Assembly (NCBI GenBank): GCA_965226375.1
Contig: CBDDCX010000008.1
Location: forward strand, 544,001-608,000
Direction: 5' to 3'
Length of the DNA stretch: 64,000 nt
Source of the DNA: Longimicrobiales bacterium
Lineage (GTDB): Bacteria; Gemmatimonadota; Gemmatimonadetes; Longimicrobiales; Gaopeijiaceae
The position numbers were made by a program, and so were the translations under genes. Below the pieces are notes generated by a model. The model ran no database searches, was not told the origin of the DNA, and saw only the letters and a program-made list of their open reading frames with translations. This document shows, piece by piece, positions 30,007 to 39,467 of the stretch. The stretch's first letter is position 1, and each line of letters begins with the position of its first letter.

Positions 30007-30261
30007 TTCGGCACCCATACCCTGTCGTCGTTGCCGCGAAAGGGTAAACAGGCATCGCGGTAGGGCACTTCGGGGCTGTTCACGGTGACAAATAATGTCC
30101 CGAAACGGAAAAAAGTGCCCATTCCTTTCGTCTTTTATTCGGGTCCTGAGAGAGCCACTACTCCATTTGTTTACACACAATAGTATCGAGGAAGCGCGAA
30201 GCGCCACACTCATGAACGTGAGCCCCGGTTGGTTGAAACCCGACAGGCAGCTTGGCGGATG

Positions 30262-30286
30262 TGTGGATAACTATGGATGTGGATAA
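30262..30286. promoter_or_regulatory. Two perfect DnaA-box 9-mers in direct repeat
   Basis: TGTGGATAA (reverse complement of TTATCCACA) at 30262-30270 and 30278-30286. Confidence 0.6.
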
Positions 30287-30678
30287 CTATCAGGGCCGAC
30301 TCTTGATAGGGCGCTGATGACTGAAGGCTCGCCGACGGCCCCATGAGCACGTCGGTTACCGCCCTCCCCCCCAAACGTCTTCTCGAGCGCCGCGAGCGCT
30401 CCGCACTTCTCGGCTTTTTCCAGCTGGTCGGCAGCGCCTGAGACCGCGATGATGGCCGCACGAGGGTCGTGCGCGAGCAGGTCCTGGATGAGTTGAAGCC
30501 CGTCCACGTTGGGCATCCTGAGATCCGTGATCACCACGTCGATGTCATTTTCCTGATAGACACGTAACGCGGCCTCACCATCCTTCGCGAAGCAAGGTGC
30601 GTGCCCGGCGTCCTCGACAATCCTTGTCTCCAGGAGCCGATCCATCTCCACGTCGTCTACTATCAGTAGGTTCGCCAT
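30271..30678 (-). CDS. Single-domain response regulator (receiver)
   Basis: LLIVDD, VVITDLRMPNVDG, IAVSG, conserved Lys (LEK); C-terminal tail atypical. Confidence 0.88.
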   Translation of the reverse strand: MANLLIVDDVEMDRLLETRIVEDAGHAPCFAKDGEAALRVYQENDIDVVITDLRMPNVDGLQLIQDLLAHDPRAAIIAVSGAADQLEKAEKCGALAALEKTFGGEGGNRRAHGAVGEPSVISALSRVGPDSYPHP

Positions 30679-30815
30679 AGTACATGAAGTCCCATGGGGG
30701 GGGTCGATCCTACACTCTCTCTACCGTAATAGAGTGATGGGTGAAGAGGCAAGCGCAAAGCTTGACGCGGGGAGGCGTCGGCTCGCGGCCTCATTCCCGC
30801 ATGATCCGAGGAGGC

Positions 30816-32525
30816 CTATCCCCCCGAAGGGGCCGTCATGTCCTTCTGAACGACCACGGTCATCCCCGGGAAGCGCCAGCGTTCGGACCGCGTCTCCTGC
30901 CCGTTGTACTCGACCGAGACTTGCAGCCAACGGTCTCTCGGAAGTCCGCACACGGCGAAAAGGCCGTCATCCCGCGCGACGTCCGCTTCCGCCTCGATGT
31001 CGCGCCTCTGGAAGCCACCGGGCACGGCGCGAATCTCTTGCCAACCGATTTTGAGGCGGGCTCCGGGGGCCGGTTCACCTGAAACCTGACGCACGTGGCC
31101 CGTAATGATACCTCCACCCACCCTGGATTCGTGCGGGCCACAAACGGGTGTGAGGGCCGCAACCACCCCGGGAAACTCGAGTCGGATAGAAGATACTTTG
31201 CCGGGAATCGACTCCACATACGTCGTAGGGGAGGCGAGTCCCAGAGCGTCCAGCTCGGGATTGGACACGCTGATCCCGTAATTGCCTGCGGGCAGCGACG
31301 TGAAGCGAAAGCGACCCTCTTCATCGGTGGTAGCCTGGTCGGATGCATCAAGCAGGACGACGGCCCCGGTCACAGGCCCTCGCCCCGTCGAGTCCACCAC
31401 GACGCCCTCCAAGATACCCGCTCGCGAGTCCAGAACGATCTCACCCCCGACGTTGCTGACCCGGACTATGAGTCCGCCCTCTTCCTTGATGCCCTCCAGG
31501 TTCACTCGCGTGCCGCCCCGTTCCAACTGAGTGATCGACAGCAACGGCATGCGGATGGTCCATTCCCGGACGATCCACGTTCCGTTGGGCAGCCCCTCGA
31601 AGCTTACCCGACCACCAAGACGGTCCCGATTGGGCACGTCGAGCTCCTCGTAGCCGTAGTCCAGCCACTTGAGCCGGCCGTTGGACGGGTCGACCCAGAG
31701 CGTACCGCTGATCTCCGTGATGCCGCGGTCCTCCACGGGCTCGAAGGCGAGCCCGATCAGGCCTTCCGACTCGTCCTTCCCTTCGGTCAGGCGCATGCAG
31801 TGCGTGTCGAGGAACGGGTCCGAGAGGAGCACGTCCGCATCGGGTGCGTAGTAGACACTCCCATCGCCATCGGGTCGCACGAATCCGCCGGTCAAGAGGT
31901 CGTCTACGGGCAGGCTCTTCCACGGATTGGGCGTCAACTGTCGATCGATCCGACTCTCCTCCTTCAGCACACGCCGCCCCCGTGCGTCGAGTTCCCGCTC
32001 GAAGCGCCGGATCACGTAGCGGTAGAACCCTCTGCGTGTCGTTTGAGATGTGGCTTCGAGGGCTTTCCGGGCTTCTTCCCATACCCGGGCCGTGGCCTCT
32101 CCGGATCCCGGACGTACCTGGCAGCGTCGACCGCCCTGGACGGTCAGTCCCGCCAGGACGATGGCTTCCACGGGTATTTCCAACTGGTAGGTCACCGTCT
32201 CCAAGCCCCGCACGCGGATGAGATCCGAGCGGACGCTGGTGTGCCCGATCCGGTCCGCCCTGAGCCGATAGGCACCGCCACTCTCGAGTGGAAAGCTGAA
32301 GCGGCCCAATGGGTCAGTGAGTCGCCAGGCAATCTGGGAGTCGGTCTCGTCGAGCAGGACTACGGCGGCACCGTCCACCGGGGTACCGATGGTGGCCTCG
32401 ACCAGCGTTCCGTGGATGGCTTGGGCATCGAGCGAGGGCGCCGAACATACGATCCGGGCCGTGATGAGACCCAGGAAAAGCACTCTCATGACGTGGGGTG
32501 CGCGTAGCGTTGGTCGTGTCACCAT
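30816..32525 (-). CDS. Exported protein with carboxypeptidase-regulatory-like (prealbumin-fold) domains
   Basis: Signal peptide; repeated IxGxVV...PVxGAxV...TDxxGRF motifs. Confidence 0.8.
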   Translation of the reverse strand: MVTRPTLRAPHVMRVLFLGLITARIVCSAPSLDAQAIHGTLVEATIGTPVDGAAVVLLDETDSQIAWRLTDPLGRFSFPLESGGAYRLRADRIGHTSVRSDLIRVRGLETVTYQLEIPVEAIVLAGLTVQGGRRCQVRPGSGEATARVWEEARKALEATSQTTRRGFYRYVIRRFERELDARGRRVLKEESRIDRQLTPNPWKSLPVDDLLTGGFVRPDGDGSVYYAPDADVLLSDPFLDTHCMRLTEGKDESEGLIGLAFEPVEDRGITEISGTLWVDPSNGRLKWLDYGYEELDVPNRDRLGGRVSFEGLPNGTWIVREWTIRMPLLSITQLERGGTRVNLEGIKEEGGLIVRVSNVGGEIVLDSRAGILEGVVVDSTGRGPVTGAVVLLDASDQATTDEEGRFRFTSLPAGNYGISVSNPELDALGLASPTTYVESIPGKVSSIRLEFPGVVAALTPVCGPHESRVGGGIITGHVRQVSGEPAPGARLKIGWQEIRAVPGGFQRRDIEAEADVARDDGLFAVCGLPRDRWLQVSVEYNGQETRSERWRFPGMTVVVQKDMTAPSGG

Positions 32526-32605
32526 CCGGGCACCTCAGATCCTCAAGGGTGTGAATGCCCGCTTTCGTACCAACGGGTCCACGTGAGGGGTCCCCTTGCG
32601 TCCGT

Positions 32606-32621
32606 TGGCATCAGCCTTGCA
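32606..32621 (+). promoter_or_regulatory. Putative sigma54 promoter upstream of the S9 peptidase
   Basis: TGGCAT-CAGCC-TTGCA, close to consensus, about 200 bp before the start. Confidence 0.55.
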
Positions 32622-32821
32622 ATAAGGCATCCCATGGATGTCATCCTTCGAGCACAACCTGACAAAGGTACGCTTTGGCGGTGGGTGTCGCGATCTCCGG
32701 TCTCGCTGGGTGTCCAAACTCCGGTTCTTGAGGCAAGTGCCTACGCCACATACTTTTACTGGCCGAACGTCGATCGGCGTGAACATCCACGGCCCGCTAC
32801 GGGATTGAGAGGGAGATCATA

Positions 32822-34930
32822 GTGAGGGCAATCCCGAGCGGTGCTACCGGTCTGATGGTCTTGCTTTCGGCATTGGGGACGCTCACTCCCCTCGTTGGCC
32901 AGCAGCGTGGCTTCCAGCCCGAGGATTACTACGACATGGTGACGGTGCGTGACGTGGCCGTGTCGCCCGCCGGAGATCTGGTGGCCTTCACGCTGACCCG
33001 CGTTCTGGAGGATGAAAACCGGCGGCAACGCGAGGTCTGGATGCAGGAGCTCGAAAATGGCCGTCCGGACGGTGAGGCGTATCGGTTCACTGACCCGACC
33101 GAAGACTCCCACTCGCCCATCTGGTCCTTCGACGGGTCTCTCCTGTCGTTTACGTCGGAGCGGGGTGAGGACGAAAATTCGACGTGGTTCGTGCGGGTCA
33201 CGGCGAGGGGCGGAGAGGCGTTCCATATCGACGGAGTACGGGGCGATCCGGTATGGTCTCAGGACGGTCAGTGGATCGCTTACCTGGCCAAGCCCGAGGG
33301 GTCATCGACAGAGGAGCGGGAGGGTTGGGTCGCCCCGGACGCATACTCCAACACCGCCGACCGCGAGCGTTTCGACGGACGGGTGATCACCTCCACACGC
33401 TATAAACGTGACGGCACGCTCACGCTGCGACCGCACCCGTCCGTGGAGGACGCCGCGGAGTTGCATCTGGTCTCGGCCGAGGGCGGTGCCCCGCGTCGCT
33501 TGACGGAGCTTCCGTTCGACAAGTCGGGCGCACGGTGGTCGGCCGACGCTCGCACCCTGTTCTTCACGGGAGATGAGCTCCAGAACGACGAGACCAACCA
33601 AGATCTCACTCAGGACATCTGGGTCGCGCGCGTTACCGACGGGTCGGTGACCCGGATTACGAACAATCCGGGCTCGGAGACTTCGCCAGCGCCCTCTCCG
33701 GACGGGGGGCGATTGGCCTTCCAGTACACGGCGGAGCGGGGAGCGCCTCAGGACCTCATGGTCGTGGACATCGGAGCCGGTGGCCGCTTTACGGGTGTGC
33801 CGGTCAACTTGACGGCGGACTGGGACCTTGATCCCGGGCCCCCGGAGTGGACCTCCGATGGCACCGGAATCCTCTTCGAGGCGTCCATCGGTGGCGATCG
33901 TCACCTCTTCCGGGTCCCCGCATCCGGTGGCCCAGTCACGCAGGTGACACGCGGCGAGCGACGACTCAGTGACGTCTCCTTCTCGGAGAGGGGTCACATC
34001 ATGGCCTACGCGGCCACGGACGCCGTGTCACCCACCGAACTCTTCGTCGCGAGGGGTGACGGGACCGGTGAGCGGCAGGCCACGACGCTCAACCAGGATT
34101 GGATGTCGGACGTCACTTTGGTGGCTCCTGAGCGACTCACCTGGACCGTGGGCGACAGCGTGCAGGTTGAGGGCTGGGTCGTAAAGCCGGTGAACTACCA
34201 GGCGGGACGGAAGTACCCGCTGATCCTCAAGATCCACGGAGGTCCCCATGGAGCCTACGGGAACACTTTTTTTCCGACATTCCATGTCTTGTCTTCGGCC
34301 GGGTTCTTCGTCCTCTACTCCAACCCGAGAGGATCGAGCGCGTACGGGCACGACTTCAAGTACGCCACGCGAGGCCAATGGGGCGTCATGGATAGTGAGG
34401 ATTTTCTTTCGGGCGTAGACGCGGCGCTGGCGAAATACCCCGACGCCGACGCCACCCGGCTCGGGGTCTCGGGCGGGAGCTACGGTGGCTTTATGACCAA
34501 CTGGCTCACTGCGACGTCGGATCGTTTCCATGCGGCGGTAACGTCTCGCTCGATCTCCAACTGGGAGAGTTGGTGGGGCTCGTCCGACGCCCAGGGCCTG
34601 ACCCGGTACGAATTCTATGGAGAGCCGTGGGAGCGGCGGGATCTCTATCGGCGTCTCTCGCCCATCTCATACGTAGAGAACGTGACCGCCCCGACGCTCA
34701 TCATCCACAGCGAGAGCGACTTCCGAACACCCATCGGGGACGGGGAGCAGTGGTTCATGGCTCTGAAGAAGCTGGGAGTGCCGGTGGAGATGGTGCGCTA
34801 CCCGCGGTCCTCCCACGGGCTTTCCCGAACCGGGGAGCCGTGGCTATTGGTGGATCGGTTGGAGAGGATCCAGAGCTGGTTTCGTCACTGGCTCGTTGAA
34901 GAAGCGCCGGCCATCACCTTTGAACCTTAG
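32822..34930 (+). CDS. S9 family peptidase (dipeptidyl aminopeptidase / acylaminoacyl peptidase)
   Basis: Signal peptide, PD40-like repeats, IHGGPH, NPRGS, GGSYGG nucleophile, HSESDFR, SSHG. Confidence 0.95.
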   Translation: MRAIPSGATGLMVLLSALGTLTPLVGQQRGFQPEDYYDMVTVRDVAVSPAGDLVAFTLTRVLEDENRRQREVWMQELENGRPDGEAYRFTDPTEDSHSPIWSFDGSLLSFTSERGEDENSTWFVRVTARGGEAFHIDGVRGDPVWSQDGQWIAYLAKPEGSSTEEREGWVAPDAYSNTADRERFDGRVITSTRYKRDGTLTLRPHPSVEDAAELHLVSAEGGAPRRLTELPFDKSGARWSADARTLFFTGDELQNDETNQDLTQDIWVARVTDGSVTRITNNPGSETSPAPSPDGGRLAFQYTAERGAPQDLMVVDIGAGGRFTGVPVNLTADWDLDPGPPEWTSDGTGILFEASIGGDRHLFRVPASGGPVTQVTRGERRLSDVSFSERGHIMAYAATDAVSPTELFVARGDGTGERQATTLNQDWMSDVTLVAPERLTWTVGDSVQVEGWVVKPVNYQAGRKYPLILKIHGGPHGAYGNTFFPTFHVLSSAGFFVLYSNPRGSSAYGHDFKYATRGQWGVMDSEDFLSGVDAALAKYPDADATRLGVSGGSYGGFMTNWLTATSDRFHAAVTSRSISNWESWWGSSDAQGLTRYEFYGEPWERRDLYRRLSPISYVENVTAPTLIIHSESDFRTPIGDGEQWFMALKKLGVPVEMVRYPRSSHGLSRTGEPWLLVDRLERIQSWFRHWLVEEAPAITFEP

Positions 34931-34951
34931 CGTCCGACGAGTAGGCCGGGG

Positions 34952-35668
34952 CTAGCCTGACCGCCCGTCCCGAGTCGGATCGGAACCGTGCGGGATCGGC
35001 CGGCCGGGCGGCCGGGCGTCGGTTTGTCCGGGTGCGCGGTGACGTACTCGTCGTAACGACACGCCGTCCCTCATCGCGTCTAGCACCTGTCCGGCCGCGT
35101 CGGGTGCGTGCGCACCCTCGCGCACGAGTCGGCGCAGGGCAGTGGGCACGTCCAGGAGACCGTCGTCTCCCGTCGTCTGAACCAGCGCTTCCCGCATGAC
35201 TTCCATGGCCCGTCCGGCGGGGACTCCGGCCTCCACCAGGTCGCCCATCACCACCAAAGCCTTGGGCGTGCGGGCGCCCGCCTCCCGCCCGATGGATGTC
35301 AATGCCTCGGGCCCTACACCACGACGCAACGCATCGGCCCCCGCAACTACCCATGCCGCCTCCCGCGTTCCGCCCAAGAACCCCTGGGCCCGGCTCATGC
35401 GTCCTGAGTATTCGCGCAGAGCCGGCATGACCCGGGCCACCGGGACCCGCTTCGCGGCTCCCTCGAGCGCCTTGTCGTACAGCGGAGCCGTGGGGATCCC
35501 GTTGCGGCCCGCCTCCGCGGCGAATGCGTCGATCCGTGCCGCGTCTTCCGAGGAGTAGGCCTCTCTGAGGCGGGTGAGCCGATCTTGTCCGGACAGGGCG
35601 CTTGCCCAGCCGACGGCGATGGCCGCCGCCAGGATCACGCTGCCCCTTATTCTCGAATCGTAGATCAT
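34952..35668 (-). CDS. Exported hypothetical helical protein
   Basis: AAGGAGG RBS before ATG 35668 (alternative start 35686), signal peptide, KALEGAAKRVP. Confidence 0.7.
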   Translation of the reverse strand: MIYDSRIRGSVILAAAIAVGWASALSGQDRLTRLREAYSSEDAARIDAFAAEAGRNGIPTAPLYDKALEGAAKRVPVARVMPALREYSGRMSRAQGFLGGTREAAWVVAGADALRRGVGPEALTSIGREAGARTPKALVVMGDLVEAGVPAGRAMEVMREALVQTTGDDGLLDVPTALRRLVREGAHAPDAAGQVLDAMRDGVSLRRVRHRAPGQTDARPPGRPIPHGSDPTRDGRSG

Positions 35669-35682
35669 TTTGAGTCCCTCCT

Positions 35683-37074
35683 TCATGGGACCACGATGGT
35701 AGCGTTCATTTGTCCCCAATCGTCGCTCACCTGACCCGGTGCTCCTTCGGGCACGAACCACACGTCGTCGACTAGAAATCCGAAGTGGTACGTGCCGGTG
35801 GCCAAGGGAATCTCCAGCACCCAATCCCGGCCGTCACGGGTCATGGCCTGGGGCTCCCAGCCCGAGAAATCACCCAAGACTCCGACACTCTGCGCGTCTA
35901 CGTCCTCCACTCGGAAAAGGGCGGTCGCTCCTCCCGACAGCTCCCCTCCCGACATGGCACCGATGGCCACCACCCGCGTCACTTTCGAGGGACCGAACCG
36001 GACCAGACGGCGGCCAATGGCAAGGCCTCCCTGACCGCCGGGCACGCTTTGTACCAGCGGGTCGGGGCCGGTACGGCCACTGATCAGCTGGGGTTCCAGC
36101 CCCGACTCCAAGGCTTCGACCGCCCGGTCGAGCAGCTTCTGAAGCTCCTCGTTGGGATCGAGCGCCAACTTGGCTTCGGCGGCCGGGAGTTGGGCTCTGG
36201 CCAGGTCGATCAGTGCTCCGAACCCTTTGTCCGTGACCTTATCGGGGCGGATGACGGCCATGAGCGAGACGCTCACCGCCTTGTGGCCGAGCATGATGGC
36301 TCGCCTGAACTGGTGATTCTGGAAGGCCTCTGCCGACGCCGTCGCGAGGCGCGCGGCCGTATCGAGAAGGTGTTGCGTGCGCTCGTCGATCTCGGTGTCG
36401 TTCAGGAGCCTGTTGGCGAGCTCGACGGCCTGCGCCGCCATAGCCACCACCAGTCGGGCACCCTTCTCGGGGTCGACATCGTGACGTCGTGCACGGCTAC
36501 GATCCGTACGCTCGTGCGCGTCCACGGCCCGTCTGCCGGCGGTCGCGTGGTCACCGCGGCTGAGCGCAGCATCGGTTTCGCCCAGCAGACGATCGAGATG
36601 CCTTCGCAGCTCATCGGGGCAATCGAAGTCATCGGTATCGCCATCGGTGAGACGGCGATGGACGTCCCGTGCCCGAGCGATATAGTCGTCCAGGCTCGAG
36701 CGGTCTCGTCCTCGTGAGAGGGCACGGCCCAACGCGTCGCGAGCCTGATTACCCAATGCGCGCACCTGAGCGTAGTTGCTTCTGGTCAACTCGACCCTGG
36801 CCTGACTGAAGAGACTCTGAGCCGTAGAGATTTCCACGGAAGCCGCGGCGGTCATGTGCGCAGTCATGGAGCTGGATACGTCTTCGATCAGAGCTGCGGT
36901 CAGGTCGGGATCCGTGGCCATTTCGATCTCCACGTCCTCTTCCGGAGGCATGGCGTCGAAGCCCGGGTCGCTTGGGGTGTCGGTGCACCCGGCCATATAA
37001 ACTGCCCCCCACAGGAGGAAGATGAACATCAGGAAGCCCGCGGCTCCGCTGCTGGAAGCTGGTGCTCTGTACAT
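35683..37074 (-). CDS. Lipoprotein with C-terminal glycogen-binding (AMPK-beta/CBM48-like) domain; possibly chimeric
   Basis: AAGGAG RBS, lipobox-like MAGC, helical body, then VGVLGDFSGWEP...GTYHFGFLVDD...DDWG. Confidence 0.7.
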   Translation of the reverse strand: MYRAPASSSGAAGFLMFIFLLWGAVYMAGCTDTPSDPGFDAMPPEEDVEIEMATDPDLTAALIEDVSSSMTAHMTAAASVEISTAQSLFSQARVELTRSNYAQVRALGNQARDALGRALSRGRDRSSLDDYIARARDVHRRLTDGDTDDFDCPDELRRHLDRLLGETDAALSRGDHATAGRRAVDAHERTDRSRARRHDVDPEKGARLVVAMAAQAVELANRLLNDTEIDERTQHLLDTAARLATASAEAFQNHQFRRAIMLGHKAVSVSLMAVIRPDKVTDKGFGALIDLARAQLPAAEAKLALDPNEELQKLLDRAVEALESGLEPQLISGRTGPDPLVQSVPGGQGGLAIGRRLVRFGPSKVTRVVAIGAMSGGELSGGATALFRVEDVDAQSVGVLGDFSGWEPQAMTRDGRDWVLEIPLATGTYHFGFLVDDVWFVPEGAPGQVSDDWGQMNATIVVP

Positions 37075-37227
37075 GGTTGTCTCCTTGTGAACGAAGTGTG
37101 TTTCCTTTTCGAGACTGGGTACTAGACGATTGATGTGTGAGAAGGGTCACATCGGTCGCCGCTCCGGTTGTGGGCCAGCTTCCGAGCCACCACCTTCGCA
37201 CGCCGACCGCAACTTTGGAGACCACAC

Positions 37228-38577
37228 GTGAGCCATCGCTCAGAACCGATGCTGGGATTCTCGCCCGAGGTGTTCCGCACCCGGCGCGAGCGGGCCCTGG
37301 TGGCACTCGGGAACTCGGTGCTCGTGCTTCCTGCCGCGCCCGTAGCCCTCATGTCCCGGGACACACAGCGCCGCTACCGAGCCGACAGCGAGATCTTCTA
37401 TCTCACGGGCGTGGTGGAGCCGGGGGCCTTGGCTGTCCTACGGCCCGGTGGAGACAACGGCGACTTCGTGCTCTTTGTGCGCCCTCGTGACGAAGAAGCG
37501 GAGCGCTGGAGCGGTGCGCGTGCGGGGCCCGAGGGAGCACGGGAGATATTTGGTGCCGACCAGGTCTACGAAATCGGCGAGATCGAAGAGCGTCTCCCAC
37601 AACTGTTGGCCGGTGCGGAGGGGGTGTACTGCCGGCTGGGCGTAGATTCACCCGTGGAACGATCCGTCGTCGATGCGCTCGCGACCGCCCGGAGCCGCGG
37701 CGCACGCAAAGGCCTGGGGCCACGATCCGTGGTGGATCCCGGTGAGATCCTCGATCCGATGCGTCTTGTGAAGGACCTGGAGGAGCTGGACCGGATGCGC
37801 CGGGCGGCTTCCATCACCGTCGAGGCCTTTCACGACCTTGGCTCCGCCCTTCGGCCCGGGGTCGGAGAGTGGGAACTCGAAGCCGTGCTCGACTCCGGGT
37901 TTCGGCGGAGGGGCGCGTGGGGCCCGGCCTATCCGACCATCGTCGGGTCGGGTCCGAACGCCTGTGTGCTCCACTACGTGTCCAACGATCGAAGAGTGGA
38001 CGAGGAAGACTTGGTTCTGGTGGACGGCGGGGCCGAGTTGGACCTCTACGCTGCCGACATCACCCGGACCCTTCCGGCCTCGGGCAGGTTTTCCGACACC
38101 CAGCGTGCCATCTACGAGGTGGTGCTCCGGGCCAACCGGCGGGCGGTGGCCGCTGTGCGCCCCGGAAACACGGTCGCTCACGTCCATCGGGAGGCTCGTG
38201 ACGAGCTGATTGAAGGCCTGCTGGGGATGGACCTCCTCGAAGGGAAAAGAGACGAGGTGCTCGAGGATGAGAGCTATAAGCGCTTCTTTCCCCACCAGAC
38301 CTCGCACTGGCTGGGCCTCGACGTACATGATGTGGGCGACTATGTGTCCGGAGCGGATTCCCGCCTGCTGGAGCCCGGAATGGTCCTCACCGTGGAGCCC
38401 GGCCTCTACTTTCCGGATGGTACCGAGAGTTCGGACAGGGTTCCTTCCGACCTTCGGGACATCGGCGTGCGCATCGAGGATGACGTCCTGGTCACGAACG
38501 ACGGTCACGAAGTGCTGACGGAGGCGCTGCCCGCGGGCATCGAGGAGATCGAGGGTCTCGTGGGAGGTCACGGGTGA
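37228..38577 (+). CDS. pepP: Xaa-Pro aminopeptidase (M24B)
   Basis: YRADSEIFYLTG, ACVLHY, LVDGGAELDLYAADITRT, HQTSHWLGLDVHD, TVEPGLY, GVRIEDD. Confidence 0.95.
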   Translation: MSHRSEPMLGFSPEVFRTRRERALVALGNSVLVLPAAPVALMSRDTQRRYRADSEIFYLTGVVEPGALAVLRPGGDNGDFVLFVRPRDEEAERWSGARAGPEGAREIFGADQVYEIGEIEERLPQLLAGAEGVYCRLGVDSPVERSVVDALATARSRGARKGLGPRSVVDPGEILDPMRLVKDLEELDRMRRAASITVEAFHDLGSALRPGVGEWELEAVLDSGFRRRGAWGPAYPTIVGSGPNACVLHYVSNDRRVDEEDLVLVDGGAELDLYAADITRTLPASGRFSDTQRAIYEVVLRANRRAVAAVRPGNTVAHVHREARDELIEGLLGMDLLEGKRDEVLEDESYKRFFPHQTSHWLGLDVHDVGDYVSGADSRLLEPGMVLTVEPGLYFPDGTESSDRVPSDLRDIGVRIEDDVLVTNDGHEVLTEALPAGIEEIEGLVGGHG

Positions 38578-39467
38578 CACGCTGCCCGGGCGGCTGGGAC
38601 CCGCTTGCCGATTCCTCACGCCTGGGCCTGGTAGAGCGGCTCCACGGGCCGGATCCAATGGTCACGGTGGAGCTTCGGCCTCCTCGCAGCGGACTTTCCG
38701 CTTCCCAGGGTATGGACACGTGGATTGATCTGAACCACTCGATCCGGAATCTGGCGCTCAACGATGTTTTCGTGTTTCTGACGGACGATGCCGTGGGATC
38801 GCGGGAAGAGGAGAATCTGGCCCATCTGGCCTCCAACGTCGGCTCTGACGTGCCTCTTTCCCGACTCATCCCGTTCCTCACCTGCAAGCACACGCTCGAG
38901 TACTGCCTCACCTATGCCGATCGGGCTCACTCATTGGGCTTCGAGGCCATCACCGTGGTAGGGGGCGACGCCTCGGTGGGTGCGCCCCGCTGCGTCCCCC
39001 ACGCATATCTTCTGCGAGAGCAGATCCGCGAGCGTCAACCCACCTTGTCTCTGGGCGGCTGGGCGAATCCACACCGGGACATCGTCGAACAAGTGGACTA
39101 TCTGAGCGCCGCCCACGTCTCTGCGGACTTCTACCTCACTCAAGTAGTGTCACACCACAGCGTGGACCGGGTCGCCGCGTTCCTGGAGGAGTGCGACAAA
39201 CGCAACATGGAGGTTCCGGCTGTCTTCGGTGTCTTCTACTACTGGAGTGCGCAGTCGCAGACTCTGGCGATGCTGAAGGAGTTTTTCCCCGTTCCCGTCG
39301 AGGAACTCACCCGGGAGTTCGACGCCGGCGCCACACCCGAGGAGGTCATGGCTCGGACCTTCAAGGCGCTTCGGGCGGCGGGGGCGGACAAGATCTACGT
39401 GAGCAACCTGGGCCACAAAAGTGTGCGGGATCGTCTTGCGGCAGTGTTGGAGCGTAGCCGGATCTAA
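38574..39467 (+). CDS. Methylenetetrahydrofolate reductase-like flavoprotein
   Basis: TVELRPPR, PFLTCK, VVGGD, ANPH, ADFYLTQ resemble MetF motifs; GTGA overlap with pepP. Confidence 0.7.
   Translation: MTRCPGGWDPLADSSRLGLVERLHGPDPMVTVELRPPRSGLSASQGMDTWIDLNHSIRNLALNDVFVFLTDDAVGSREEENLAHLASNVGSDVPLSRLIPFLTCKHTLEYCLTYADRAHSLGFEAITVVGGDASVGAPRCVPHAYLLREQIRERQPTLSLGGWANPHRDIVEQVDYLSAAHVSADFYLTQVVSHHSVDRVAAFLEECDKRNMEVPAVFGVFYYWSAQSQTLAMLKEFFPVPVEELTREFDAGATPEEVMARTFKALRAAGADKIYVSNLGHKSVRDRLAAVLERSRI

Noticed and set aside
30090..30290. Chromosomal replication origin
   Set aside because: Only two perfect DnaA boxes and no dnaA, dnaN or other origin-linked genes in the window; kept only as a possible DnaA site.
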